Part shown: positions 28,659 through 37,513 of the stretch, one piece after another
Layout: every line of letters begins with the position of its first letter
Position numbering within the stretch: the first letter of the stretch is position 1
From: an uncultured Candidatus Saccharibacteria bacterium
Lineage (GTDB): Bacteria; Patescibacteriota; Minisyncoccia; Phycocordibacterales; UBA3531
DNA length: 64,000 nt
Reading direction: 5' to 3'
NCBI GenBank assembly: GCA_964361405.1
Contig: CAYIAA010000002.1
Location: 5,299 to 69,298, forward strand
Program-made: the position numbers and the translations under genes
The notes under the pieces: model-generated
Told to the model about the DNA's origin: nothing
The model's input: only the letters and a program-made list of their open reading frames with translations
Database searches by the model: none

Positions 28659-30992
28659 ATGAAAGGAAAAGGGGAAACTCAATTAAAGGGACGAACATTA
28701 CCGGGAAAAATTCGGAAGCGCGACGGATCTGTTGCGGCGTTTGACCTTGAACGTATTTCAGTCGCCGTTGGGAAGGCAATGAAGGCCTCCGGTGAGCTCA
28801 ATGGCGATAAAGGACCCGAAATCGTTGCCGCCGCAGTGGGTCAAGACCTTGCGCATGTTGTTAAGACGAGCAAAAACTACGTCCCAACAGTCGAAGAAGT
28901 GCAGGATTTGGTGGAACGACAGCTTATTTTGCACCGGTATGCCCGTGCAGCTAAGGCATATATTCTTTACCGCGACAAACGAGCAGAAGTTCGTCGTTCT
29001 GAGAAAGCGGTTCCGGAGAAAGTAAAAGAACTTACTGCGGAGAGCAAGAAATATTTCAAGAACCAACTTGCTGAATTCGTTTTCTATACGACGTACTCGA
29101 AATGGATTCCGGAGGAATCACGACGTGAGACGTGGATTGAGACTTCGGAGCGTTATATGTCGTTTATGCGAGAAACGCTCGACGACAAGCTCACGGAAAA
29201 GGAGTACGAAGAAATTCGTGAATATATACTCGAGATGAAAGCACTCGGATCCATGCGTCTTCTTTGGAGCGCGGGACCGGCGGTGCGGAAATCAAATGTC
29301 ACCGCGTACAACTGTTCTTTTGTTGCACCGACCGAGTGGCAAGACTTCGGCGAGATTGCCTACATTTCGATGTGCGGCACCGGTGTCGGATTTTCCGTCG
29401 AGCATCAAAACATTGAACGACTTCCGTTTATTGAACGTCAAACCGAAGAAAAACTCCCGACTCACGTTGTGCTTGATTCAAAAGAAGGGTGGGCAGATGC
29501 GCTCGTTCTTGGGATGAAGACATGGGCTTCCGGAAAAGACATTGAGTTTGATTATTCAAAGGTGCGTCCGCAGGGTTCACGGCTCGTCACTATGGGTGGT
29601 CGCGCATCGGGCCCCGGACCTCTCCGACAACTTCTCGACTTCACGCGCGAAAAAATGTTTAACCGCCAAGGAAGACGGCTCACTACACTCGATGCTCACG
29701 ACATCATTTGTAAGATTGGCGAAGTTGTTGTCGCAGGCGGCGTGAGGCGGAGTGCACTCATTTCGCTCTCTGATCTCGACGATATTTCTATGAGAGAAGC
29801 GAAGAATGGGCAATTTTATCTCACGAACCCACAGCGCTCCATGGCGAATAATTCTGCGGTCTATAACGAAAAGCCGACTGAAAAAGAATTTCTCGCCGAG
29901 TGGAGTAACTTAGTTGCCTCCGGGTCTGGCGAGCGGGGGATTTTCAATCGAAGCACTCTGAAAAAGCAACTCCCCGCGCGAAGGTGGAAGATATTTGAAC
30001 CAGAGCGTTTTGTAGCGGGAACTAATCCGTGCGGGGAGATTATTCTCAAACCGAAGCAGTTCTGCAATTTAACCGAAGTGGTTGCTCGAGCGGAAGATAC
30101 CGAGGATACACTCCTCGAAAAGACCAGGATTGCAACGATTCTGGGCACCTACCAGTCCATGCTCACTAACTTTAAGTATTTATCCCCGGAGTGGAAAAAG
30201 AATTGTGATGAAGAACGTTTGCTTGGGGTGTCTATTACTGGGCAATGGGACTGTAAGGTAGTGCGGAATCCGAACACGCTTCGAAAAATGAAGGAGGTTG
30301 CGATTGAAACGAACCGGAAGTATGCCACACGCTTCGGTATCAATGCATCAACTGCAATTACGTGCGTAAAACCTTCCGGAAACGGTTCACAGCTTTTTGA
30401 TTCGTCTTCGGGTATGCACCCGCGACATGCACGATTCTACATTCGCCGCGTGAGAATCGAACGACACAATCCGCTTTTCGCAATGCTCCGCGACATGGGA
30501 GTTCCAACACATCCAGAAGTCGGTTCTACAGAAGATACGGCAAATACATTCGTACTTGAGTTTCCCGTAAAGGCACCGAAGGGAACAACACACTTCAAGG
30601 ATGATGTGTCAGCGCATGAACTGCTTGAGTACTGGAAGATGGTGAAAGAAAATTATACTGAACACAATCCTTCAACGACAATTTCCGTAGATGAGGGAGA
30701 ATGGCTTGAAGTTGCCCACTGGGTGTATGCACACTGGGATATCATTGGCGGCCTCTCGTTTTTGCCGCGGAGTGAGCACGTTTATAAACTCGCGCCCTAT
30801 GAAGCAGTCACTGAAGAGCGTTATAATGAACTCTCGAAGAATTTTCCCGAGATTGATTTTTCAAAGATTGTACTCTATGAGTATGACGACACAACCACTG
30901 GTTCAAAGGAACTCGCCTGTGTTTCGGGAACGTGCGAAATCGATATGCCTCATGTGCAAGTCATCGATGACGCCAAGGCAGTTGCAAAATAA
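28659..30992 (+). CDS. nrdJ: Class II (adenosylcobalamin-dependent) ribonucleotide reductase with N-terminal ATP cone
   Basis: IRKRDG ATP cone, NCS, GGVRRSA, TNPCGE, CNL, VKPSG, C-terminal ACVSGTCE. Confidence 0.93.
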   Translation: MKGKGETQLKGRTLPGKIRKRDGSVAAFDLERISVAVGKAMKASGELNGDKGPEIVAAAVGQDLAHVVKTSKNYVPTVEEVQDLVERQLILHRYARAAKAYILYRDKRAEVRRSEKAVPEKVKELTAESKKYFKNQLAEFVFYTTYSKWIPEESRRETWIETSERYMSFMRETLDDKLTEKEYEEIREYILEMKALGSMRLLWSAGPAVRKSNVTAYNCSFVAPTEWQDFGEIAYISMCGTGVGFSVEHQNIERLPFIERQTEEKLPTHVVLDSKEGWADALVLGMKTWASGKDIEFDYSKVRPQGSRLVTMGGRASGPGPLRQLLDFTREKMFNRQGRRLTTLDAHDIICKIGEVVVAGGVRRSALISLSDLDDISMREAKNGQFYLTNPQRSMANNSAVYNEKPTEKEFLAEWSNLVASGSGERGIFNRSTLKKQLPARRWKIFEPERFVAGTNPCGEIILKPKQFCNLTEVVARAEDTEDTLLEKTRIATILGTYQSMLTNFKYLSPEWKKNCDEERLLGVSITGQWDCKVVRNPNTLRKMKEVAIETNRKYATRFGINASTAITCVKPSGNGSQLFDSSSGMHPRHARFYIRRVRIERHNPLFAMLRDMGVPTHPEVGSTEDTANTFVLEFPVKAPKGTTHFKDDVSAHELLEYWKMVKENYTEHNPSTTISVDEGEWLEVAHWVYAHWDIIGGLSFLPRSEHVYKLAPYEAVTEERYNELSKNFPEIDFSKIVLYEYDDTTTGSKELACVSGTCEIDMPHVQVIDDAKAVAK

Positions 30993-31010
30993 GAAAAGGT
31001 TATTTATACT
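30982..31010 (+). promoter_or_regulatory. Sigma70 promoter of rnpB
   Basis: TTGCAA-N17-TATACT. Confidence 0.7.
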
Positions 31011-31018
31011 CTAATTCG

Positions 31019-31367
31019 GTTTTGTGCCGGATAGGTGCTCTTCGCTTCATGCGGGGAGAGGAAAGTCCGAACACTCACACACGGAAGTGTGTAGCAAGGT
31101 AGCGGGTAACGCCCGTCGGGAGTAATCCTAGAGATGCGAACAGAGACGTTGCTCTCCGAAAGGAGAGCAACATCATCTGATAAATCAGATGATGAGTCCC
31201 GACAGAAATGTCGGGAGTGAAACGGCAAAATTCTTACCTGAGTGCAAGGCCGAGTCCCGCCTTTTGGCGGGAAGCGCCGCTTGATCCCCTCGGCGACGTC
31301 GGGACCAGATAGATACCTATCGTTCCGCTTTGAGCGGAATACAGAATTCGGCTTATAGGCACAAAGC
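31019..31367 (+). ncRNA. rnpB: RNase P RNA
   Basis: GAGGAAAGTCC, GTGAAACGG, GTGCAAG, ACAGAATTCGGCTTA; P1 TTTGTGCC/GGCACAAA. Confidence 0.95.
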
Positions 31368-31377
31368 AAGAACTATG

Positions 31378-31408
31378 AAAAACCCCGCCTTACTGGCGGG
31401 GTTTTTCT
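31378..31408. terminator. Bidirectional intrinsic terminator
   Basis: AAAAACCCCGCC-TTACT-GGCGGGGTTTTT. Confidence 0.88.
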
Positions 31409-31429
31409 ACCTCATCCTCAATTGAATTA

Positions 31430-31636
31430 CTAGAGAAGCAAGGTCAAGGTGCCAGAGCGTTTTCTGGTGCCGTGTTTTTTTGCAAAGCGTTCAAGTTCTG
31501 CAACCCGGTAGATTCGGTAGCGGTTTTTACTACGCCGTGCCTTCAATTTCCCCGAGCGGTCCCAACCCCGAAGTGTTCCCACGGAGACCCCGAGGATTTC
31601 AGCTGCAGTTTGAATGGTGATGCCGCCTTTGAGCAT
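31430..31636 (-). CDS. MerR/excisionase-type HTH DNA-binding protein
   Basis: IQTAAEILGVSVGTLRGWD..GKL...R...YRIY. Confidence 0.85.
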   Translation of the reverse strand: MLKGGITIQTAAEILGVSVGTLRGWDRSGKLKARRSKNRYRIYRVAELERFAKKHGTRKRSGTLTLLL

Positions 31637-31692
31637 GTAAATCGTGTTTTCCCCATCATACACCATCAGAAGAGCTGTGGTACTATTCAAAA

Positions 31693-33378
31693 GTGGTAAA
31701 ACGGGTCACGGCACTCCTCCACAGGGAATATAACGGCCTCCATGAGGCCGCGTTTCTTTTGGCAGTATCCGCGGTGGGGGCACAGATTCTCGGACTTATT
31801 CGTGACCGCATTTTCGCCGCTACATTCGGGGCAACATCCCAACTCGATGTCTACTACGCCGCATTTCGTATTCCGGATTTTCTCTATGTTTCGGTTGCAT
31901 CATTCGTATCCGTTTCGGTGCTCATTCCTTTTATTGTTGAAAAACTTACTACCCGTGACCACGAGAGCGTAAAGAGATTCTTGAGTTCCATATTTGCGGT
32001 GTATGCCGCGATGATGTTTCTCGGGGTCGTGTGCGCTTATTTCGCCATTCCGTACCTCACAGGATTCGTGGTTCCCGGATTTAATGCTACCGCTCAGGGT
32101 GATTTTATACTGCTTTCGCGTATTCTTCTTCTCTCCCCAGTCCTCCTTGGTCTCTCGAGTTTTTTTGGAAGCATAAATCAAGCATCGCGGAGATTTTTGA
32201 ATATTGCCCTTGCACCTATTCTCTATAACGCCGGCATTATCATCGGGGCGCTTTTTTTCTATCCGAGCATGGGAGTTGTCGGTCTCGTCCTCGGTGTTCT
32301 CTTGGGTGCCTTTCTCCATCTCGCGATTCAAATTCCGTCTGTCGTACGCGAGAGATTGATGCCCGAGAGGACAAATTTTCAGTGGTCAGCCGATCTTAGG
32401 GCTGTTACCCTGCTTTCCCTTCCGCGGACTGTGGCGCTTGGCGCGCATACAATCGTTATCATCGTACTCACTGCCATAGCTTCCCAGATGTCGGAGGGGT
32501 CTATTGCCATATTTACGTTCGCGTATAATCTTCAATCGGTGCCGCTTGCCATTGTGGGAGCAAGCTATTCTGTTGCGGCATTCCCGACACTTGCTTCACT
32601 CTTTGCGAACGGCGAACGTCGAGCGTTTGTTGACCATATCGTGACTGCGGGACGCCATATTTTATTTTGGTCAATCCCAATTGCTTCACTCTTTATCGTT
32701 TTGCGCGCACAAATTGTCCGAAGCATCTTGGGGGCCGGTGCATTCAATTGGGAGGCGACACGTCTCACTGCCGCAGCACTTGCACTTTTCTCCGTGAGTG
32801 TCGCCGCGCAGAGTTTGGTGCTTCTCTTCGTCCGCGGTTACTATGCAGCCGGGAATACGAGAAAACCTCTCCTCCTCAATGTTGTTTCGTCAGTGGGGAC
32901 TGTACTTCTCGTGCTATTTTTTACGAAGTTTCTTAATACGGCGGGGGAAGTACGGTTTTTCTTTGAGGCGCTTCTTAAAGTCGAAGGTATACCCGGTACG
33001 GATGTTCTTATTCTTCCACTCGCATTTTCAGTGGGAGCGCTTGCGAATGTTCTTTTTCTTTCTCTCGCGTTCCGGCGGGATTTCCGAGAACACTACTCAT
33101 CTATCCGAAGAAATGTTCTCCATTCATTCGGAGCGGCTGTCATCATGGGTTTTGTCGCATACCAGGCGCTCAAAGTTCTTGACGATGTTTTTGATATTAC
33201 GACATTTGTCGGAATTTTCCTGCAAGGACTTGGCGCCGGTATCGCGGGGATAGCCACGGGTATTCTCGTTCTCATGGTACTCGAAAACCATGAACTCCGT
33301 GAATTACGGCAGGCTCTTGGACGGCGTATTCCGGGACTTCGACCATTTATTTCGAGTCCGGACGATTTTGAGCGATAG
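31693..33378 (+). CDS. murJ: Lipid II flippase MurJ/MviN
   Basis: LGLIRD, YYAAFRIPD, APILYN, FPTL, many TMs. Confidence 0.92.
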   Translation: MVKRVTALLHREYNGLHEAAFLLAVSAVGAQILGLIRDRIFAATFGATSQLDVYYAAFRIPDFLYVSVASFVSVSVLIPFIVEKLTTRDHESVKRFLSSIFAVYAAMMFLGVVCAYFAIPYLTGFVVPGFNATAQGDFILLSRILLLSPVLLGLSSFFGSINQASRRFLNIALAPILYNAGIIIGALFFYPSMGVVGLVLGVLLGAFLHLAIQIPSVVRERLMPERTNFQWSADLRAVTLLSLPRTVALGAHTIVIIVLTAIASQMSEGSIAIFTFAYNLQSVPLAIVGASYSVAAFPTLASLFANGERRAFVDHIVTAGRHILFWSIPIASLFIVLRAQIVRSILGAGAFNWEATRLTAAALALFSVSVAAQSLVLLFVRGYYAAGNTRKPLLLNVVSSVGTVLLVLFFTKFLNTAGEVRFFFEALLKVEGIPGTDVLILPLAFSVGALANVLFLSLAFRRDFREHYSSIRRNVLHSFGAAVIMGFVAYQALKVLDDVFDITTFVGIFLQGLGAGIAGIATGILVLMVLENHELRELRQALGRRIPGLRPFISSPDDFER

Positions 33379-33394
33379 TATTCGTCGGAACCTA

Positions 33395-33491
33395 TTGACA
33401 ATAAAGAGTCTTTCACTTATATTAATACCGGACCGGAGTAGAGTGTACTCCTGTTCTTGTTCTTGAAAATCGAAAATGGAAGGGGGGACTA
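33395..33491 (+). promoter_or_regulatory. Promoter and leader of cassette E
   Basis: TTGACA-N17-TATATT; hairpin GGAGTA/TACTCC; GTTCTTGAAAA; GGAAGGGGGG SD. Confidence 0.75.
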
Positions 33492-33704
33492 ATGCTACCC
33501 GTAGAGAACGCGACCTCGATATCGGACGACCAGCTCGAGAGGTTCCTCACGAAGAAATTCGGCGTGGAGTACTTGGTGAAGGTCACCCAGGCCGAGGTCA
33601 AGGAGGCCGCGGAAGAGATACACGCACACAGAGGGCGTGATGTCGCATTCCGCAACGTGGATCCAGCGCGCATCGCTCGGAGCCGCGTGGTATTCTCGAC
33701 GTAG
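33492..33704 (+). CDS. Hypothetical orphan protein (cassette E)
   Basis: 70 aa with near-consensus promoter, SD, and terminator hairpin 33760-33809 followed by T-run. Confidence 0.65.
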   Translation: MLPVENATSISDDQLERFLTKKFGVEYLVKVTQAEVKEAAEEIHAHRGRDVAFRNVDPARIARSRVVFST

Positions 33705-33849
33705 GATACCAATTCAAGTTCGAGCGGAGCTCCTAGTTCCGCACCCCCCAACCCCCCAGCGCGATGGGAGCCCGTACCGGTGTTTATACCGGCCGAGACT
33801 CCCGTCGCGTTTTCGTTTTTACGTATTTTTCAGTATGATGCATCCACAT

Positions 33850-35646
33850 ATGGACCCATCTCTCATCAGAAATTTTTCCATCATCGCGCATATTGATCAC
33901 GGCAAGTCCACACTTGCCGACCGCATGCTTGAACTTACTGCCACTGTCGAGAAGCGCAAAATGCGCGAGCAGGTACTCGACCAGATGGAGCTTGAGCGCG
34001 AACGAGGTATCACCATTAAGATGCAGCCAGTCAAGATGCGTTACACTTCTCTCGGGAAAACGTACCAGCTTAATTTAATTGATACACCTGGCCACATTGA
34101 TTTTTCCTATGAGGTGTCGCGGTCTTTGCGCGCGGTTGAGGGAGTGATACTTCTCGTTGATGCTACGCAGGGAATAGAAGCACAGACACTCTCCGTTCTC
34201 GACGCGGCGCGTGAACATAATCTCGTCGTAATCCCCGTCGTCAATAAGATTGATCTTCAGAATGCAGAAGTCGAAGAGACCCGCTCTGCCCTCGCCGAAC
34301 TCCTCTCCGAAGATCCTTCCCGCGTTCTCTTGGTTTCTGGAAAGACCGGTCTTGGTGTCGGGGACCTTCTTCAGTCAGTCGTCGAGCGTATTCCGGCTCC
34401 AGGCGAGGGCCCGACGAATGAAAAATCCTGTCGCGGACTTATTTTTGATTCAGAGTATACTACACATCGAGGGATTATTGTCTCGGTGCGGATGTTTGAG
34501 GGATCGGTTTCCGAAGGCGACGAGCTTTCTTTTTCACATGCCGGTATCAGTTTTAATGCGCAGGAGGTCGGCATTTTTTCCCCGGAGCGGAGACAAACGG
34601 ATTCTCTCGCCTCGGGCGAGATTGGGTACGTCGTGACCGGACTCAAAGAGCCAGGACTCGTGCAGGTTGGCGATACGCTTCTCCGGAAGAATTCTCAACT
34701 CGCTCCGATTCCGGGTTACCAGAGACCTCAACCGGTGGTTTTTGCCTCGCTCTACCCAGAAGAACAGGATGATATTACAGCGCTCTCACACTCTCTCACC
34801 AAGCTCCGTCTCTCCGATTCATCGCTTACCTTCGAAGAGGAAGCGTCAGATGCGCTTGGGAAAGGCTTCCGGTGCGGATTCCTGGGACTACTCCACCTTG
34901 AAATTATCGCCGAGCGATTGAAGCGCGAGTTTAATCAAAATCTCATCGTGACGAGTCCAACGATTAGTTTTGAGGTCCATCTCCGAGGCGGTCGCACCGA
35001 AATTGTTCGTTCTCCTTCTCGATTTCCCGATGAAGGAGTGATTGAAAGCGTCCTTGAGCCGTGGGTGATTTGCCGGTTGATTACGCCTCCAGAATACATT
35101 GGGCAGTGTCTACAGCTTCTCTACGAACATGAAGCAGAGGTGGGGGAGACCATGACTCTGCGCGGCAACCGCACGTCACTCAATGCAGAGATGCCACTCC
35201 GTGAGCTCATGCGCGGATTTTTTGATGCACTGAAGAGCGCGACCAAAGGATACGCTTCACTCTCGTACCGTATGATTGGGATGCGAGAAGCCGATGTGGT
35301 GCGTCTCGACATTCTTCTCGCGGATGAAGTTGCGCTTCCGCTTACGCGTATTGTCTCCGTGAGGCGCGTGGAACATGAGGCCCAGTCGCTTGCCCAGCGG
35401 CTAGAGGAGAACTTACCGCGCCAGCTTTTTGCCTTAAAAATCCAAGCCCGCGCCCGAGGTCGTATCATCGCTTCGCGCACACTCTCCGCGCTCCGGAAAG
35501 ACGTCACTGGGTATCTTTATGGAGGAGATGTGACGCGGAAAATGAAACTCCTCGAGAAGCAGAAAAAAGGAAAAAAGAAGCTCGCGAAGCAAGGTCGCGT
35601 TAAAATCCCGCAAGACGTATTTCTCAAACTTGTCCGCCGTTCCTAG
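33850..35646 (+). CDS. lepA: Elongation factor 4
   Basis: IRNFSIIAHIDHGKSTLADR, DTPGH, GFRCGFLGLLH, YGGDVTRK.KLLEKQK. Confidence 0.97.
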   Translation: MDPSLIRNFSIIAHIDHGKSTLADRMLELTATVEKRKMREQVLDQMELERERGITIKMQPVKMRYTSLGKTYQLNLIDTPGHIDFSYEVSRSLRAVEGVILLVDATQGIEAQTLSVLDAAREHNLVVIPVVNKIDLQNAEVEETRSALAELLSEDPSRVLLVSGKTGLGVGDLLQSVVERIPAPGEGPTNEKSCRGLIFDSEYTTHRGIIVSVRMFEGSVSEGDELSFSHAGISFNAQEVGIFSPERRQTDSLASGEIGYVVTGLKEPGLVQVGDTLLRKNSQLAPIPGYQRPQPVVFASLYPEEQDDITALSHSLTKLRLSDSSLTFEEEASDALGKGFRCGFLGLLHLEIIAERLKREFNQNLIVTSPTISFEVHLRGGRTEIVRSPSRFPDEGVIESVLEPWVICRLITPPEYIGQCLQLLYEHEAEVGETMTLRGNRTSLNAEMPLRELMRGFFDALKSATKGYASLSYRMIGMREADVVRLDILLADEVALPLTRIVSVRRVEHEAQSLAQRLEENLPRQLFALKIQARARGRIIASRTLSALRKDVTGYLYGGDVTRKMKLLEKQKKGKKKLAKQGRVKIPQDVFLKLVRRS

Positions 35647-35669
35647 ATATCTCTCTCGACACCGAGGAT

Positions 35670-35777
35670 TTATGAGAAGAGCGGTAGATAGAGAAGGACC
35701 ATACTTGCGATGACGATGATGGAGATTATGGACCAGATAATGCGCACTCTGCGTCGGTGTCGTTCCTTGATGAACAT
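35670..35777 (-). CDS. Small single-TM protein (35 aa)
   Basis: Basic N-terminus plus TM; AGGAGG SD and TATAAT upstream. Confidence 0.55.
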   Translation of the reverse strand: MFIKERHRRRVRIIWSIISIIVIASMVLLYLPLFS

Positions 35778-35851
35778 ATGCGTTGCCTCCTGTTTCGATT
35801 TTATTATAATACATCTATTATACGCGGCGGGGCCGGGTATGAACACTGCCA

Positions 35852-36223
35852 ATGCGGAGAAATGAGAGACGGAAAAGAAAATTTTCGCTGAAAAGCTACG
35901 GTGTAGCCCTTGGTTTGATCGCCCTCATCGTTTTCCTCGCGAAGCCGGTGTGGGGCGTGTATCAGAAGGAGAGGGCAGTGCGGGCGGAGGAGCGCGAGAC
36001 CAGAAGAGAGCTTAATACACTTCTCGAGCGCAAGGCATTTCTTGAGACCGAGGTGGCGCGTCTCTCGAGTGGGCGGGGTATTGAGGAAGAGGTACGGACC
36101 AAGTTCCCCGTAGCACAGCCAGGCGAAGAAGTTATTGTCGTTGTTGATGAAGAAGGGACTGCCACGTCTTCAGCGAGTGCTCAAGGAGGTTTTTGGAGTA
36201 AGATATTTCCCTGGTTCAGGTAA
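35852..36223 (+). CDS. Septum formation initiator (FtsB/DivIC-like)
   Basis: TM, coiled coil, IEEEVR.KF....PGE.VI. Confidence 0.8.
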   Translation: MRRNERRKRKFSLKSYGVALGLIALIVFLAKPVWGVYQKERAVRAEERETRRELNTLLERKAFLETEVARLSSGRGIEEEVRTKFPVAQPGEEVIVVVDEEGTATSSASAQGGFWSKIFPWFR

Positions 36224-36256
36224 GGGAGTGGAGGTTGGTCTGGATATCTCGGATAA

Positions 36257-36327
36257 GCGGGTGTGGTTTAGTGGTAGAACAGTTGCTTCCCAAGCAACGG
36301 GCTGGGGTTCGATTCCCCGCACCCGCA
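36257..36327 (+). tRNA. tRNA-Gly(CCC)
   Basis: GCGGGTG/CACCCGC acceptor, GTTGC-TTCCCAA-GCAAC. Confidence 0.96.
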
Positions 36328-36330
36328 TCT

Positions 36331-36621
36331 GTGGCAAGAAAATTTAAGATCAAAAAAGAAAATTTCACCTGTAGTCACTGTAGTACAAGTGTCTGCGGCG
36401 ACGGGTATACAAATCACTGTCCAGCGTGCCTGTGGAGCAAGCACGTTGATGTCTATCCGGGAGATCGCGCGGAATTCTGCGGTGGAGCGATGCGCCCAAA
36501 GAGTGTCTTAATGAAGGCTGGGAGTTACACTATCACGCATGTCTGTGAACTTTGTGGGGCACAGCGATTGTGTAAAACATCTCCTGGTGACAACTTTGAA
36601 GCCATACTCGCCCTGTGTTAG
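36331..36621 (+). CDS. RNHCP-domain zinc-binding protein
   Basis: FTC..C, TNHCP.CLWSKHVD..PGDR...CGG, H.C..CG. Confidence 0.88.
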   Translation: MARKFKIKKENFTCSHCSTSVCGDGYTNHCPACLWSKHVDVYPGDRAEFCGGAMRPKSVLMKAGSYTITHVCELCGAQRLCKTSPGDNFEAILALC

Positions 36622-36638
36622 CATGTGAACACTCTCTG

Positions 36639-37151
36639 ATGCAAAGCCGTTACTACATTAAGGATATTGTCTATGGTGCTAATGACGGCATTATCACGAC
36701 CTTTGCCATTGTGTCCGGAGTCATCGGCGCAGGGCTCTCGATGAGGACAGTGCTCATCATCGGAACCGCATCGCTCGCCGCCGATGCATTCTCCATGGCG
36801 AGCTCGAGCTATCTCGGCTCTCTATCAGAGCGCGCCGCCTTCCCACGCTTACGAGATGAAGGGGTCGTGGAGCGTCACACGAACCCGCTTACTGCCGCCC
36901 TCATCACTTTTATTTCCTTCGTGGTTGCCGGATCGATGCCACTCCTTCCGTACGTTATCTTCCGCGGAGAGGGGTTTGTGTTTTTCTTTACCGCGACCGT
37001 GACAGGACTTGCGCTCTTTCTCGCGGGGGCGCTCCGGTCGCATTTTACCCACCGCAATTTTGTCGTGAGCGGTATTGAGATGCTTGTGGTTGGTGGGATT
37101 GCCGCGGGTATTGCCTTTACGCTTGGAAAGCTGGTAAGTATCCTGACATAG
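36639..37151 (+). CDS. VIT1/CCC1 family metal transporter
   Basis: DIVYGANDGIITTF, ADAFSMA, PLLPY. Confidence 0.92.
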   Translation: MQSRYYIKDIVYGANDGIITTFAIVSGVIGAGLSMRTVLIIGTASLAADAFSMASSSYLGSLSERAAFPRLRDEGVVERHTNPLTAALITFISFVVAGSMPLLPYVIFRGEGFVFFFTATVTGLALFLAGALRSHFTHRNFVVSGIEMLVVGGIAAGIAFTLGKLVSILT

Positions 37152-37152
37152 A

Positions 37153-37210
37153 CTCCCCGTAGCCCCGACGCAAGGTCGGGGTCCCGACTATAACGTCGGG
37201 ATTCAATGGA
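37153..37210 (+). repeat. Copy of the tRNA-Arg 5' end interrupted by a 39-nt double palindrome
   Basis: 37153-37162 joined to 37202-37210 gives CTCCCCGTAGTTCAATGGA, identical to 37265-37283; insert is CCCCGAC-n5-GTCGGGG plus TCCCGAC-n6-GTCGGGA. Confidence 0.85.
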
Positions 37211-37264
37211 CTCGATAAGCAATGTGCTGACACCCCGGTATTTTGCTATAGTCTGAAATGTTTC

Positions 37265-37336
37265 CTCCCCGTAGTTCAATGGATAGAACAAGGGACTCCT
37301 AAGCCCTAGATGCAGGTTCGATTCCTGCCGGGGGGA
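37265..37336 (+). tRNA. tRNA-Arg(CCT)
   Basis: CTCCCCG/CGGGGGG acceptor, anticodon loop CTCCTAA, T-arm GCAGG-TTCGATT-CCTGC. Confidence 0.94.
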
Positions 37337-37471
37337 GCGAAGCGAGCCGCGGAGAAAACCCCAAGGGAGTTTTCGTCAAGAATCGAAGGCCGGACCCCGA
37401 CCTGTCGGGGGAGGCGGGGTCGCGACTTCCCGCAGTGGCGGGAAAGTTGTGACTGATTCCTGCCGGGGGGA
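37337..37471 (+). repeat. tRNA-Arg 3' tail element ending in a 17-bp direct repeat of the tRNA 3' end
   Basis: 37455-37471 GATTCCTGCCGGGGGGA equals 37320-37336; 37377-37387 is an inverted copy of the T-arm (10/11); several hairpins. Confidence 0.85.
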
Positions 37472-37513
37472 TGTTTGAAATGACAATTAGTTTTGCTAGA
37501 ATGAGTGTAGCCT

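Noticed and set aside
31004-31369. 121-aa minus-strand ORF
   Set aside because: Antisense to the RNase P RNA
31430-31636. MerR/Xis-like HTH as a prophage marker
   Set aside because: No integrase or phage genes adjacent
33637-33849. Long N-terminal extension of LepA (similarly nrdJ 28545, hisS 48957, pth 49363)
   Set aside because: They run through terminators, intergenic DNA or neighbouring genes; conserved domains begin at later ATGs
36235-36330. N-terminal ORF extensions through tRNAs (also 43113-43166)
   Set aside because: They overlap clear tRNA genes; downstream starts fit the domains
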